Below, piece after piece: positions 1 through 12,700 of a DNA stretch of 64,000 nt (position 1 is its first letter; every line of letters starts with the position of its first letter). The notes beneath the pieces were generated by a model. The model did no database searches. It was not told where the DNA came from and saw only the letters and a list, made by a program, of their open reading frames with translations. Origin of the DNA: Octopus vulgaris (taxonomy: Eukaryota); NCBI GenBank assembly GCA_951406725.2, contig OX597815.1:123442001-123506000 (forward strand), in the 5' to 3' direction. Position numbers and translations under genes: made by a program.

Positions 1-584
1 AATTTACTATGTATACTTTTACAATAAAATCATTTTATGTAATAGTAATATAAAAACATTAAAAACTAAAGTTAAAATACTAAGTAAACCAAATGTCTTT
101 CTATAATAATTATAAGTTTTAACTGAAATTATAGTGATAATATTCACAAGGGTATATTGTAGAGAAGAATGGGGGTGGGGGCATAAATGATTTGGTAATA
201 CATGACAATGAGCATGAAATATATAGTTGATGACAGGACCAAGAGTTTTTATAGGAATAAAACCCTAGTGTATGATTAGAAGGTTATAGAGAAAGATTTT
301 TGGTAGGCTAAAATTTTCAGGAATAGTTTGATAATAAAGCTATTTACCATAATGCCATTGATAAAATTAAGCAAAAACATGTTTAATTCTATTTTTATTT
401 AATCTATTATTAATAGAAAATATCAATAGATTAAATAATGTTAATTGCTAGAAAATACAAATAGTTGTATTGTAATATATGCTTGTACCAATAACAGAAG
501 TCATTTTGAAATACATTAATAATAGTGACTATTAAATGAAAAATCTCTCTTTATATTTACTGTTTTCCTAAACTCAATACACTT

Positions 585-796
585 CTGAAATTGATTGAAA
601 TATTTAGATGAACTTGTGTAATTCTTAAATATTCAGAAATGATTTTTATATGGAAACAAAAAAAAAAAAATCATTTCGCAGATCAATATAAAATGTTTCT
701 TCAGCTTCCAAAAAAGAAGAATGACAGAATTCTTGAATATTAAAATTTTACACAAGTTCATCTAAATATTTTTAATTATATTTTAACTGATTTCAG
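585..796. repeat. AT-rich inverted repeat / MITE-like fold-back
   Basis: Perfect 24-bp inverted repeat AAATATTTAGATGAACTTGTGTAA (598-621 vs 748-771) with imperfect extensions on both sides. Confidence 0.6.
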
Positions 797-944
797 TTTA
801 TGAAAAAATATTGATTACAATGAATAGGATATTATTGCAGAAGTATAAAAATCAATACAACCAAATCAAAAAATGAAAAGGATTTACACTTTCTTGCAAG
901 AGCTTAACATTGATTTTTATTCTATTAAAATAGAAAATAAATAA

Positions 945-1345
945 CAATATTTTCAGATTTTGACATAAGACTAACAGTTTAAAGGGGAGTGGGTAAGTCA
1001 ATTACATAGATCCCAGTGCTCAACTGGTACTTATTTTATCAGCCTCAAAAGGATGAAAGACATTGGCAAAATTTGAACACAGAACGTAAAAGGTTGAAAG
1101 AAATGCCACAACATATTTCTCAACATGTAGTCATTCTGCCAGCTCACTGCTTTAGTAGTAGTAATAATAATTCTTTCTACTGTAGACAGAAATCCTGAAA
1201 TTTGTGGAGAGGGGATTAGTCATATATTTTGATACAAGTACTCAATTGGTATTTATTAATCCCGAAAGGATGAAAGGCAAAGTTGACCATGGCAGAATTT
1301 AAACTCAGAATGTAAAGATGAAGAATATTTAAGACAATGCTAAGA
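945..1345 (-). mobile_element. Two tandem degenerate tRNA-derived SINEs (gcctttcatcctttcggg-domain family)
   Basis: Recurring blocks ccccagtgctcaactggtacttattttatc...aaaggatgaaaggcaaagt...gaatttgaactcagaa, also at 2.1-2.6 kb and 39.4-40.6 kb, separated by (TAA)n. Confidence 0.75.
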
Positions 1346-1379
1346 AAAGAACTGTAGGGATTTACATAAAAGGAATATA

Positions 1380-2105
1380 AGCAATTGAAACAACAACATG
1401 GAATTTAACAAATTCTCCAATTAAAGGGGAAAAACACCACCCAGGGGCAACCAAGGAATCCTGCAGATCTTGAGGCACCTTACTCATCAGGGGTACCATG
1501 AAAAGTGTTCCTCCCACCTCCTTACTTCTTAGTCAACTTAGAGCAGGCCTGTTCATTTGGATCATCCTTACCACATTCACCCACTTTCCAACAAATTTAC
1601 TGGAGAGCAGCACTTCCTTATCAAACCTCACTTTCCTTTTCAAATGGAATTTTAAAAAGTCAATGAGGACTTAACCAAAGAGAAAAGTGTGCCTTCAGTC
1701 CTTTCAGTCTTACCCACCACAAAACCTTTCTTGCCATAACCACCAGCAAAACAAAGGAAAAACTGCCTGCTTTTCCCAAACAAAGGAAAGCAACTAGGTA
1801 ATTTTCAGGATGGAGTAAGCCAACAACCAGATCCATCCTGCATGTGATAGCATCTGTTTGATGTAACTCCACAAATCAGCAATGCTCAAGCATTGTATGA
1901 GTGCATGCAGGATGGTTTTGTCACTATGCATGCATCTCAAACAGAAATTGCTAATGATATTACCATACCTGTGGAGTTTATCCCAAACAAGCTAGGATAC
2001 CACAGTAGCACTGCTAGGTCAAGGATCTCTGGAAATTATCCAGGGTCTAGTCCTCTGGAATAGACCAGCAAGTTGATTTTCTGAATTGTTAACAGTTCCA
2101 CCAAT
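1380..2105 (-). mobile_element. L1/Tx1-clade LINE ORF2 3' remnant (zinc-finger region), disrupted
   Basis: Minus-strand translation LDNFQRSLT*QCY...VWDKLHRYGNIISNFCLRCMHSDKTILHALIQCLSIADLW (CCHC knuckle) and LIDFLKFHLKRKVRFDKEVLLSSKFVGKWVNV, with stops and frameshifts. Confidence 0.7.
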
Positions 2106-2127
2106 ATATTTTTAATAATACTGATAA

Positions 2128-2342
2128 TACTCCTTTATTATAAGGACAAAGCCTGAATGTTTTTAGGGAAGGGGGCTAATCAATTACATTGACCCCAGTG
2201 CTCAACTTTGTACTTATTTTATCAACTACAAACAGAAGAGAGGCAAAGCAGACCTCAACAGAATTTGAACTCAAAACAAAGATGAACAAAATGCTGTTAA
2301 GTATTTTGTCTAGTGTGCTAATGATTCTGCCAGCCCACCACC

Positions 2343-2375
<33 letters not shown>

Positions 2376-2560
2376 TGGTCTGATTTAGATACAAAGCCAG
2401 TGATTTTGAGAGGCGGTGGGGTTAGTTAATACTATTGACAACAGCACTTATGGATACAAGAAGAGGGGTGAAATGAAAGGCAAAGTCAATCATGGCAGAA
2501 TTTGAACTCAGGATGTAAAGAGCTGGAACAAATAAAACAAAGTACTTTTTTTCCAATGCT
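2128..2560 (-). mobile_element. Two tandem tRNA-derived SINE copies separated by (TAA)n
   Basis: Same family blocks as 945-1345. (AAT)n at about 2344-2373. Confidence 0.75.
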
Positions 2561-3230
2561 CAAATGATAATCTTCCCTTAGAAAGAGCACAGGTAAGTGC
2601 TCCAAGTTGACTGTATAATTATTTACAGCTAGGTAGATAAACATCTCAATTTGTACTCACAACCTATAGACCAAGTGACTGATAATCTAAGCTGTCTGAA
2701 TTTAACTCATAATTAATACCTTTATTAGTTGACACTAGAAACAAGATCATAGAGAGAAGCAAGAGCTTTGTGTTTCTAGTAATTCAAACAGGTCAATATT
2801 GAGAGAGCAGTCTTAACTCAAAAACACACACACATCAAAATACAAATACATCAGTCATAAGAAAAAATAAAATAACAAAAACCAGCAAGCAACATTTTAC
2901 AATGCAACAGTAGCAAGAACATACAGAAAATAAAGAATAGTGAGATTATAATGATGAAATAGAACTCGAGAACCCAGGTATTTGTAAATTTTCATGGATT
3001 TTAATGAAAAGAAAAATATTTAAATATGATATTTCATAGATAGTCACAGCTAGGTAGCTTTTTTTCAGAAAGGTTGTTGGGATTTAGAAACCTGATAGTT
3101 AAATCATCATCATCATATTTATGAAAAAGTATCAAGAGTAATTAACTTAAGGAAATATGGAATAAGCTATGAATGATATGTTGGTATGGAAATGTAATAT
3201 GAATGCATAACATCCTTAATCAATATACAT

Positions 3231-4250
3231 TCATCATCATTTAATGTCTGTTGTCCATGCTGACATTGGTTGGATAGTTTGACCAGGGCTGGCAAGCTGC
3301 ACCAGACTCCAGACTGATTTGGCATGTTTTCTGTGGCTGGATGCCCTTCCTAACACCAACCACTCTGAGACTGTAATGGGTGTTTTTACGCACCACCAGC
3401 ATAGGTGCCATTTACATGACATTGATATCTGCAATTTTGCTTGACTTGATGGGTCTTCTCAAGCACAGCATAATGCCAAAGGTCTCAATCATTGCCTCTG
3501 TGAGGCCCCAATGCTCGAAAGGAACTCAGCAACTTTGCCTACATGAAGCCCAATGCTCGAAAAGAACTCAGCCACTTTGCCTCCATGAGGCCTAATGCTC
3601 AAAAGGAACTCAGCCACTTAGCCTTCGTGCGGCCCAATGCTCAAAAGGAACTCAGCCACTTTGCCTCCATGAAATCCAATGCTCGAACAGTGCTCTTTAC
3701 GTGCCACTGACATGGGTGCCAGTTATCTGACACCAACATTAGCCATGACTTTGATTTCACTTGACTTGATGGGTCTTCTCAAGCATAACGCCAAAGGTCA
3801 TGGTCACTAGTCATTGCCTCTGTGAAGCCCAAAGTTTGAAGACCATGCTTCACCACTTTGTCCCATATCTTCATGGGTCTGTCTCTACCACAGGTTCCCT
3901 CCACAGAGATCAGCACTCCTTTACACGGCTGTCCTCGTCCATATGCATCACATGACCATACCAGTGCAGTTGTATCTCTTGCACATCACATTGATGCCTC
4001 TTATACACAAGTTTTCTCTCAAGATGCTTAAACTCTGTCGAACAAGCACACTGACATTGTACATCCAGCGAAGCATACAAACTTCATTTCTTTCAAGCCT
4101 ACTCATATCCTCGGCTGTCACAGCCCATGTTTCACTGACATGTAGCATGGTTGATCGCACACAGGCATCATACAATCTGCCTTTCACTTTGAGAGAGAGG
4201 CCCTTTGTTGCCAGCAGAGGTGGGATCTCTCTGAATTTTTCCCAGCACTT
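3231..4250 (-). mobile_element. RTE-clade LINE, 5'-truncated (ORF C-terminus, 3'UTR, (GAT)n tail)
   Basis: ORF 3948-4259 gives WEKFREIPPLLATKGLSLKVKGRLYDACVRSTMLHVSETW, typical of the RTE post-RT region. The 3'UTR matches 55591-56100. Confidence 0.88.
3494..3688. repeat. 42-bp minisatellite, about 4.6 copies, inside the RTE 3'UTR
   Basis: Unit gcctccatgaggcccaatgctcgaaaggaactcagccacttt starting at 3494, 3537, 3579, 3621 and 3663. Confidence 0.9.
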
Positions 4251-5879
4251 TAAAAACAAGTGAAGATTAAATTTGAAATAAGCATTATCTTCAACAAATT
4301 ATCAGCCTCTATGGAGGGAGAGAGGAGTCACTCAGCTTGCTAAAAATAACAGCCAAATTCCCTTGAAACTGAACGATGGATATTCAAAAAGACAGTTACC
4401 TTAGGTCAGCCATGACAGCAAATCTATGATCAAAAGTGCACAAACTGCAAGTAACCCATCTTTTATTCAAGTTATATCAAGAAATACACTGTCCTTTTCT
4501 AAAGGCCATAGGATCTAATTTGAAGCATATATTGCTGGTATTTCAAGCAAGCCAAGCAACCACATAAAGACTTTCATTAATGTTTCTATATCAGGGCCTA
4601 ATTTTTAAAATTCAAACATTTTTGGAGCTCCTTGTGATTCAGGTATAGGTTCTCTCGTTGTTCACACATATATGCATTATCATCACATTATTACACTGAG
4701 CATTGGTCCAAAATAAAAATTATAACAAATATAAATCTACAATATTTCTCCAATAAAACATATATGCATTTCTCCCCAACAGGTTTCCTCCTACTCCTCC
4801 TCTTGCCTGTTCAGTACTTCTATTCATTGTCCCATGTTACTCATGTAATGACGGAAAATATTAGATCAGCTCATATTCAATCTCCTACATCATCTGTGTA
4901 TCTCTCCTGCACATAACGATGTCTGAATTGCCCAAACCTGCCGTTATCTTATATGCTCCTCAGCACTTAATATCTTTCTCTTTCAACAGCTAACTCATCG
5001 ACTTGCATCACACTGTCTTACCACTGACTATTTCTACAACTATCCATCACTTGCTGTGTCTGTTCAGTCATTTTATCTACCTGCATCTCTCACACGATTC
5101 TCCACCCCAGCAAACATAGTTACTGTTTGTGTCCCCCTGCAATTACCTTCTCTCTCAGTATATCCTGCTAATATTTTCTAAAGCATTATCTCTCCCATTT
5201 CTTCCTCTCCTCATACTCTCTCAGTCAAGTTTATCTTCTGCAATAGTCCTCTTCTATTCATTCTGTTCAGGTTGATGAGTGAGTGAACACACAGGGTTGA
5301 GAGAAGTCTTTAGTTTTGTGTCTTGTCAATAAACTCTAGTACTGGTGACATGAACAAATACACATAGCACTTTCTGAAAAGTGGCTTGTGTATGGAGGGC
5401 CTCCAGCCACAGAAACTATGAAAAATAGTACAAGTCAAACATAAGTAACTCAAGAATTGATTCAAACTGTGATGACCAGTTAAACCTATGCCAGCATGGA
5501 AAGTAGATGTAAAGAAAATAAATATGCAAATGGTACTGAAAATATATTTTATTAAAGGCTTTTTATGAAGTATCTTTAAAATGAAATACAAAAAATTAAA
5601 ATAGAAGTACGAAAACAAATGTCAAACTTAAAAATTGAAATGAACATAGACAAGTTATTTATTCTGACTATATTAGATTTTTAGATGTATGCACCAATAG
5701 CGAAGTATCTGATACTTAACATAGACCCCACAAAATGTAGAGAGCAACGCAAATATTTGACGTTCATTTTGTTTATCATAGAGAATTACAATCAATCCTC
5801 AAAGCCTTATTCTCTTATCTAATCTACAGTTATCAACATTATTTACATTTGACGGATATTTGTCATCATCTTGTTGTTG

Positions 5880-5925
5880 TTAAAACGTTCTGGCTGATAT
5901 ACCCTCCAGCCTTCATCAGGTATCT
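5880..5925 (-). ncRNA. Hammerhead ribozyme-like motif in the left arm (CUGAUGA intact, GAAA altered)
   Basis: Minus strand AGATAC-CTGATGA-A-GGCTG-GAGGGTATAT-CAGCC-AGAAC-GTT. Its defect differs from that of the right-arm copy, so the two-arm consensus is canonical. Confidence 0.58.
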
Positions 5926-6222
5926 TGGGGAAATTTCAAACCTGGGTTCTCATTCTTAAAGTATTTTTCAATGTTATTATTATTATTATTATTATTATTA
6001 TCATTATTATTATTCAGGTCACTGCCTGGAATCGAACTCGGAATCTTGGATTTAGTAACCTGTGCTCTTAACCACTATGCCATATGACTGTGATTAAAAA
6101 GCATGGGCTACTAACTCCAAGATTCCGAGTTCGATTCCAGGCAGTGACCTGTATGGTAATAATAATAATGATGATATCAAAAAATACCTTAGGAATGAGA
6201 ACCCAGGTTCAAAATTTCCCCA

Positions 6223-6270
6223 AGACACCTAATGAAGGCTGGAAGGTATATCAGCTGAAACGTTGTGTTT
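6223..6270 (+). ncRNA. Minimal type I hammerhead ribozyme-like motif (core mutated to CUAAUGA)
   Basis: AGACAC-CTAATGA-A-GGCTG[loop]CAGCT-GAAAC-GTT-GTGTTT: stem I AGACAC/GTGTTT, stem II GGCTG/CAGCT, palindromic ACGT stem III. Confidence 0.62.
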
Positions 6271-6419
6271 ACAACAAACAAGATGAGGACAAATATCTGT
6301 CAAATGTAAATAATGTACATAATTCCTCATCTCTTAAATATAGAACTGTATAGTTATCAATCCCAAAAAAATTTGTATCAGAAACTATACTAACCCTAAC
6401 ACAAATGTTAAATTGAATG

Positions 6420-6830
6420 TGAAAGAAGAAAAAAAGAGAAATCAGCTGTACTGTACAAGGGAAAGAAAGCTGTGCTGGTATGGATGTTTCTATGTAGCAA
6501 TAGTGGTACTCCATTGTGAATCATACTTGAGTTTTGAGGAGGGTCAACAGCTGTTCAGAGCTGGAACGTTTTCTAAACAGGAAATGTGGGTCTTCAGGAT
6601 GCAGCTTGAGTGCTACTATGTGAGAGAGGCATCAGATTGTAAAGCTTAGAATTTATAGTGGCTTTGAGGATTTTAAATGCATGTTGTCAAAGACTAGAGA
6701 GGGTGAGGTACAATTATTTCCTTAACATAAGTTGTTTTGGGGCTGTTGGAAAGCAATTAGATCATTGTGCTTGTTTTAGAGTAAGTTGTCGAAATCTGTT
6801 CATTGAAACAATGCAAGTTTAGTATGAAGA
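6420..6830 (-). mobile_element. Highly degenerate CR1/Jockey-group LINE fragment
   Basis: Minus translation FLFRKRSSSEQLLTLLKTQV*FTMEYHY resembles the LLTLYKAQVRPxMEYCS motif after the RT domain. Related to 61.0-62.6 kb. Confidence 0.55.
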
Positions 6831-6844
6831 TTGTAGGGGATAAC

Positions 6845-7200
6845 AAATCATCATTTAACATCAGAATTCCATACTGGCATGGATTGGATGGCTCAACAAG
6901 ATCTGCCTAATTTGTGGACAGTGTTGGTTTCCAATGTGTGCTTTGATAAGGTTTCTAAGGCTGAATGCCCTTCTTAACTACACTACAGAGTGTACTGGGT
7001 GTTTTTTTTTTCTCCTTTGTACTAGCAGTAATGGGATCACCAAATAATTCACAAGACTAGACCCTTTCCACAGAGTGGGAGTGCAGTATTAAGGGAGGTG
7101 GCTTTGTGTCAGATGTTGAGAAACTAAAGTATGACAGAGGGACAAGAAGAGGTGTCTTGCTGTAGAGGAGATTCATGGCTATCCCAGAAGGTAAGGAAGA
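6845..7200 (-). mobile_element. Degenerate RTE-tail repeat
   Basis: atcatcatttaacatc...ccatactggcatggattggatgg...ggctgaatgcccttctta blocks shared with the RTE 3' ends. Confidence 0.55.
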
Positions 7201-8258
7201 AAGGAAAGTGGAGATGAGGTATCAGGGAGTTACGTGGGGAGGGGGGGGGACAAGAAGGTGGATAGAGACAGAATAGATGCAGAGAATTGAATCAAGGATG
7301 GCTTGGAATGTGGGTAGGTTTACAAGAGTGTAAAAGGAGAGTGACAGGTAGCAAAGATGGAGGAAAAAGTGAAAGCAATGAAATGGAGGCATGGCGTTAC
7401 AGTTTAGGTGAATGTAAGAAAAATGGAAGTAGATCATCGAGGATGAAATGGTAGGGGTAATACTTTAAAGAAAAAAGAAATGAGTTAGAACAGCAATACT
7501 AGAAAGTAGTAAGTAGGAAGATGAGGTGAAGAGAGAAGATGCACAGAGAAAGAGATACATACAGGTGGATATAGTGAGTTACAAAAGGAACATCGTTGGC
7601 AGGTGGGAGTATGTTCAAGGAGCATGTAGTGGACATATAGTGGATACTTATGTGTGAAATGCAAGGAAGAGGTGATGTGTGGTATTGACTGCATTAAAAG
7701 TAAGCATTGTTACAGTTGACAGCAAGCAGTTTGTTAATGTATCAAATGAAGAGTGTAGGGTGTGTAAGTGAACCATGTAGTAAAAGTAACCTATCCAATA
7801 AAAGAACATTCAAAAGAAAAGTCAACATGAAATAGGAGAAGAATGTTAGATTAGACAACTATGTGAGTACCATAATAATGCTGACTGCCTACTTTATAGA
7901 AACTGTTCACAGAAAGAGTATCGAACCATACAAAACACCATCAAATCAAAAATGGAGTTTGAAAATATTTCATTTATCCAGATAGGCATTTATCAGCTGT
8001 TCAACACATGTAAACATACATTTTCACACAATGGACATATGCTAAAATAAATATTATAAGAATCTATATTGTATTTCTAAATGATATAAGCTTGAGGTTT
8101 TTCATTCTTTTTCCATTAAATTTTTATAAAAGAGTACCACTTAAAAAGAGCTGTATCTCACATTAAAAAAGTCAATCATACTGATGTAACACAAATATAA
8201 AATAATTTGTCAAACTAGTAGATTATCATCTATTTGGAAAATTAAAACCATTACTTAC

Positions 8259-8416
8259 TTTTTGCATTCTTAAAGCTGTCATGTAAAGCAGCAGGATTGT
8301 CAATGATACTCTTGTAAATGCCAGGAATCTCATCCATTTCAGTGGGACTAAATCCAGGAACAAAAAAGTTGTTGTCTTTGGCCACAGATTGAACTTCACC
8401 AAGAAATTCATGCACT
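8259..8416 (-). CDS. ABCA2: ABCA2-like coding exon (158 bp, phase 2 to 1): (R)VHEFLGEVQSVAKDNNFFVPGFSPTEMDEIPGIYKSIIDNPAALHDSFKNAK
   Basis: Acceptor ...ataattattttcag|, donor |gtaagt. Open in the frame set by the preceding exon (AG+A = Arg). Weak similarity to recalled ABCA2 VTQLLERLDRVVEEGNLFDP. Confidence 0.82.
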
Positions 8417-11400
8417 CTGAAAATAATTATAAGGTTTGAAAATTAGGAAGTAATACACTAATTAATAAAATAATTGAGGTTGAAACAATACATCAGAAAA
8501 CAGAGTACATTATCCTAAGTGGCATGATGTGAGTTTTCTAGAATGCTCTAAAATTTAATTTTTTGTCCTCCATAAAAACCATCTTTGGTGCTCAGTCAAT
8601 GAATCACAGAGTGTTGAAGGTAGCCAACTGATTCATGTGCCTCAACTCTTGCTGATGGATCGCTGATGCCACAGGTTGCTTTGGTGATTTGCACAGATGA
8701 ATGTATTTTTGGACTGACCACATCATGTTACACACATAACTTTATATATGTTCAGAATAGTTTTCTTCGCTCAGTCAGCAATTATTAACATTATTCATTT
8801 GTAATTAGTCAACACCAAATATTATGTATCAAATTATATGTTTGTTTGTTTGTTTCAGTTATTATTCTCACAGCTAACAAAGATATTTACATGTACATTA
8901 CGCAATGTTAATGAAGCCATACACTTCGACAATGGCAATGCATACTTCTAAAGGGTATTTTTCATTGACCAGCTCAACTCAAACAAAAGACCTTGCAACA
9001 ATCCATCGATTCTTAGAGACACCTCAAAGCATATCTTTCATCAAGCTGTATGACGATAGAAGATAAAATGTTAATTTTACAGTGTTGTTATGGCTTACAG
9101 TAATGAATATGGCACTTGCTCAGAGATAAATGGAATGGTCAATATGTTTTGATCATGGACACAACACTGCAGTAGCAGGATATAACCAGCTGGTTCTTTG
9201 GCTGTTAGTCTCTTTCTTTTATTTTATCTTTTAATCAAGAAGAGCAGTTCCCATGATTTCTTACAAGGCCTCTTCAAATTTGAGTTCTGTCTGAATGCAT
9301 GCAACATAGGGACCTCTGTTTGAGGAGCTAAAGGGACCAAGTGGACATGTTAAGCTGGGAAACAGATTAAGTCTACCACCCAAGTAGGCTGGTGGGGGAT
9401 TTGAACCCCAATCAAAAAGCCAGAAAAATTGCTGAAGGGCATCACCATCTAATGCTGTAACATTTCTGCCAGTCCACCAGCCTAGACAGGTACTTTATCA
9501 ATTCCAGAAAGATAAAAAGCAAATTTAACCTCAGCAAAATTGGAACTGGAAATACAAGGTGTGAGTACCACAATATCTTTTGTTTAATGTTCTAACAACT
9601 GCCAATTTACCTCTATAAATACAATAGCAAGACATCAACTTTCTGATGTAAAGGTATTCAGTTGAGAGAATCAAATTTAAATAATTTTATTGACTTTTGA
9701 ACTTTAAAAAAAAAAAATGATTCCACCCCATTCCCAAATTTTCTGTTGAAAAAAAAACAAGTAGTATGTCAATAACTAAGGAAATGTCGGGTTTGTGTTA
9801 ATTAGTAATCTGTAAGCCAGAAGATCTTTCTTACTGACACAAATTATCAAAAAATCATTAAAAAAAATCGGATTGTGATAATGAAAAGTATTGACAAAAT
9901 GTCACTGGTTAAACATCTGGATGAATGCCTTCTTATGGATTATACCTATAACTAATCTCCTGCTTCTATGAGTGTTTCACTGGCTATACTAAGATGCATG
10001 TGTCAAACCTGCACATTACCTCAGCATTGTAAATATTTTCAGTTTCCTCAGAAGTTCACTGACTCTTTTCCTCTTCATACATAACAGTTTAACAAACATC
10101 ACTAATTCTAAACATTCTTTTATTAGAACTGAATCCACTTTTCTTTCAGATACCAGGCTCAGTTAATTGTTAATATTGTCTGGTCCTGCTAAGTCACTTC
10201 CAAAGATTTTTATCATATCCTTTTATAAAATCTTGACAACCTGATAACATTTAATAAAACCAGAATACTTGCATTATTTATTTCAAAGACAAACTAGCTG
10301 ACAACCTAAATTCTCAGAGATTATCCCTAAAAGGGACTTATTTCTTTATGTTACAAATTATTCTATCTTACACTTTCATGGCTCTTAACACAATCACATG
10401 TCATAAAGGTGACTTGCTTAATTCTTTAAAGAAAATTTCTGATATCATACAGGCTTTGAATACCTTCATTGAGCTCCTCCTTAGCAGTTTCTATGTGGTT
10501 GCTTCACCTACTAGAAATAGCAACCAAATCCCTATTGAAACAACTTATTGCCTTAAAGAATATATTAGATAATGCAGTCCTACATATACCAAAGAAGACA
10601 AGTTAGTAATAGTTGGATTTCTTTTAAGCTTGATCAGAGTTTACCTGGAGCTAAACAACATTCCTACTAAATTACACTAAGACAGTCATTTACTTGATCA
10701 ACTACTCTCATAAAATGTGTGCTCCTTCCTCTGTTTGACACTTTTGTCAAGCCCTTACTTATACTAGTCAAGCATCCCTTTATTCTGTGTTGTACCTTTT
10801 TTCATGCTAAATATTAAACATCTAATTTTCAAGTTGCAACATGACCTCTCAATGTCACCTGCACTACCCTTTCAATGTGAGGTTTAAATAAATAGTATTA
10901 TAATAATCAAACAAGATTAGACTCTATAAAGAACAAATTCTTTCTTCACCAAGCCTTATCTGCAGTTCAGTTTTTTGTTTTAATTTTCTGACAGCTGCTT
11001 TCACTTGTAACTAGGAAAACCAGGTTACAAATATCTTATGATAAAGAATACAAAGCATGACTAATAAAGTAGGTTGCTCTTTATTTCATAAGACATCAAT
11101 ATGCAAAGACAGCATGTTCAATAAGTATAACTTCGATTTGGCAATGTTTATTATATAAGCTTATCTAGCAGTTGAAATTAATGTTTCTTGCAATATTCAA
11201 GGCAGAAAACACTTTATGAAGCCAAATTACAATTCCAAAGGCTTAGAGAACTGGGCTCACTTGTCAACAATATGACAAGTAAATCCAAAGCAGACATAGC
11301 TGTGCGGATAAGGTGCTTACTTCACAATCACACTGTTCTGAGCTTGATCCCACTGTGAGCCACACTGGACAAGTATCCTCTATGATAACCTTGGTTTGAT

Positions 11401-11814
11401 CCAAGCTTTGTCAATGAAATTTGGAAGATAGAAATTCTGTAGAAGCCTATCAGATTATATAGGTTCTTGGATAGTAGGCAAAATCTGACACTCAATTGGA
11501 CTTACACCTGGTGATGTCTTGAGGTCTTTGGTCATGTCTGCTGTTGCCAGCATTCAGTCCAGGTTTACATTCAAAGTGTCTGATTTCTTCCTCTCTCCCT
11601 CCCTCCTACCATCCCTCTCATCAAGGTCCTGATTACTACCCTTTCTCATGAGTAAATCATTAAAAAAAAATGAATAAAACAAAAAAATGCTCAGTCTTCA
11701 GCAACATGAAATTAACAATGGATATAGCTTAATTATTTCATATTTTCCAAATACAATTTACCAGGTGTATTAAGAGCTGACTCAATTTTCAACAACATCA
11801 CAACATAACAGTAA

Positions 11815-12700
11815 TAAATGTTGCAGGCTGCACTGAGTGAGGAGGTGATCAGTGACAATGATGAGACCCTCCAGAAGTACAAACTGAGGAATAATAAAGG
11901 AAAGATCATCAACTGGAAAGAGAGAATTCTACAAAGAGAGTTTTTCCAGCAGACATTGAATGAAGCTGATGAAAAATCCTGAAGATGGTTAAGACATGGA
12001 TTTTTAAAGAAGGACACAGCAGAACTGATCCTTGCCACTCAAGAACAAGCCTTACAAACTAAGTCTATCAAGTGTAGCATTGTTAAGACAGTAGTATCAC
12101 CTTTGTGTAGACTACATGAAAATTCATCCGAGATAGACATACAATTAATGGATGCTCAAAACTATCCCAAAAGGAGTTTAGAAAATACCATGACAAAGTA
12201 GCAGTGCAAATACACTGGCAGTTGTGTAGGAAGTATGGGCACTAAGCTTTTCCAGTCGCAGAGAATGATTAGATGAAACTCACATGGCATATGCCAATCT
12301 ACATATGCCAATCTAACTAGATATCACTCTCTTATAGAAGGAGCCCAAAGAACGGACATTCAACATGGCTATACCTGCAACCTTGACTATTGTGAAGACA
12401 AAACAAGAAAGTTGAGAAATACTAAGATTTAACATTGGAAATAAAACATCCATAGAGCCTCAAAAATGCAAGTGAGATTTATTGTGATCAGTGTACTTGG
12501 GACCATCTTAAAGAAAGCAATATTCTGGTATGAAAAGCTGCAAATCCTAAATTTCATAGGAAGTACACAGTTGGTAGCAATACTTGGAACAGAACATGTT
12601 GAGAAAAGTGTTGTGTCTCTAAGTTGTGAGAAGGAGCTGAAATGTGACAGATAATTCAGAAGAAAGGAAAATACAAGAATATGAATAAAAATAATGATAA
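11815..12700 (+). mobile_element. Dong/R4-clade (restriction-like endonuclease) LINE 3' remnant
   Basis: Plus translation WKERILQREFFQQTLNEADEKS*RWLRHGFLKKDTAELILATQEQALQTKSIK...SPLCRL...GCSKLSQKEFRKYHDKVAVQIHWQLCRKYG, then IVISVLGTI...QLVAILGT. These are characteristic R4/Dong C-terminal motifs, with many disruptions. Confidence 0.8.

Larger units (their letters stand above)
5837..6348. mobile_element. Palindromic (head-to-head) element; each arm = tRNA-like head + (TAA)n + Penelope-like tail with hammerhead motif
   Basis: Arms about 5837-6075 and 6088-6315 are reverse complements. A box TGGCATAGTGG and B box GAGTTCGATTCC. Flanks TACAGTTATCAA (5825-5836) and TATAGTTATCAA (6349-6360). Confidence 0.85.

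Noticed and set aside
3494-3688. Regular 42-bp repeats (and 66-bp repeats at 35607-35830) as a CRISPR array
   Set aside because: Units are contiguous with no unique spacers, lie inside RTE 3'UTRs, and there are no cas genes in this eukaryotic context.
8226-8411. ORF-track peptide MNFLVKFNLW...
   Set aside because: It is an alternative frame of the 8259-8416 exon. Splice phase from the upstream exon selects the VHEFLGEV frame.
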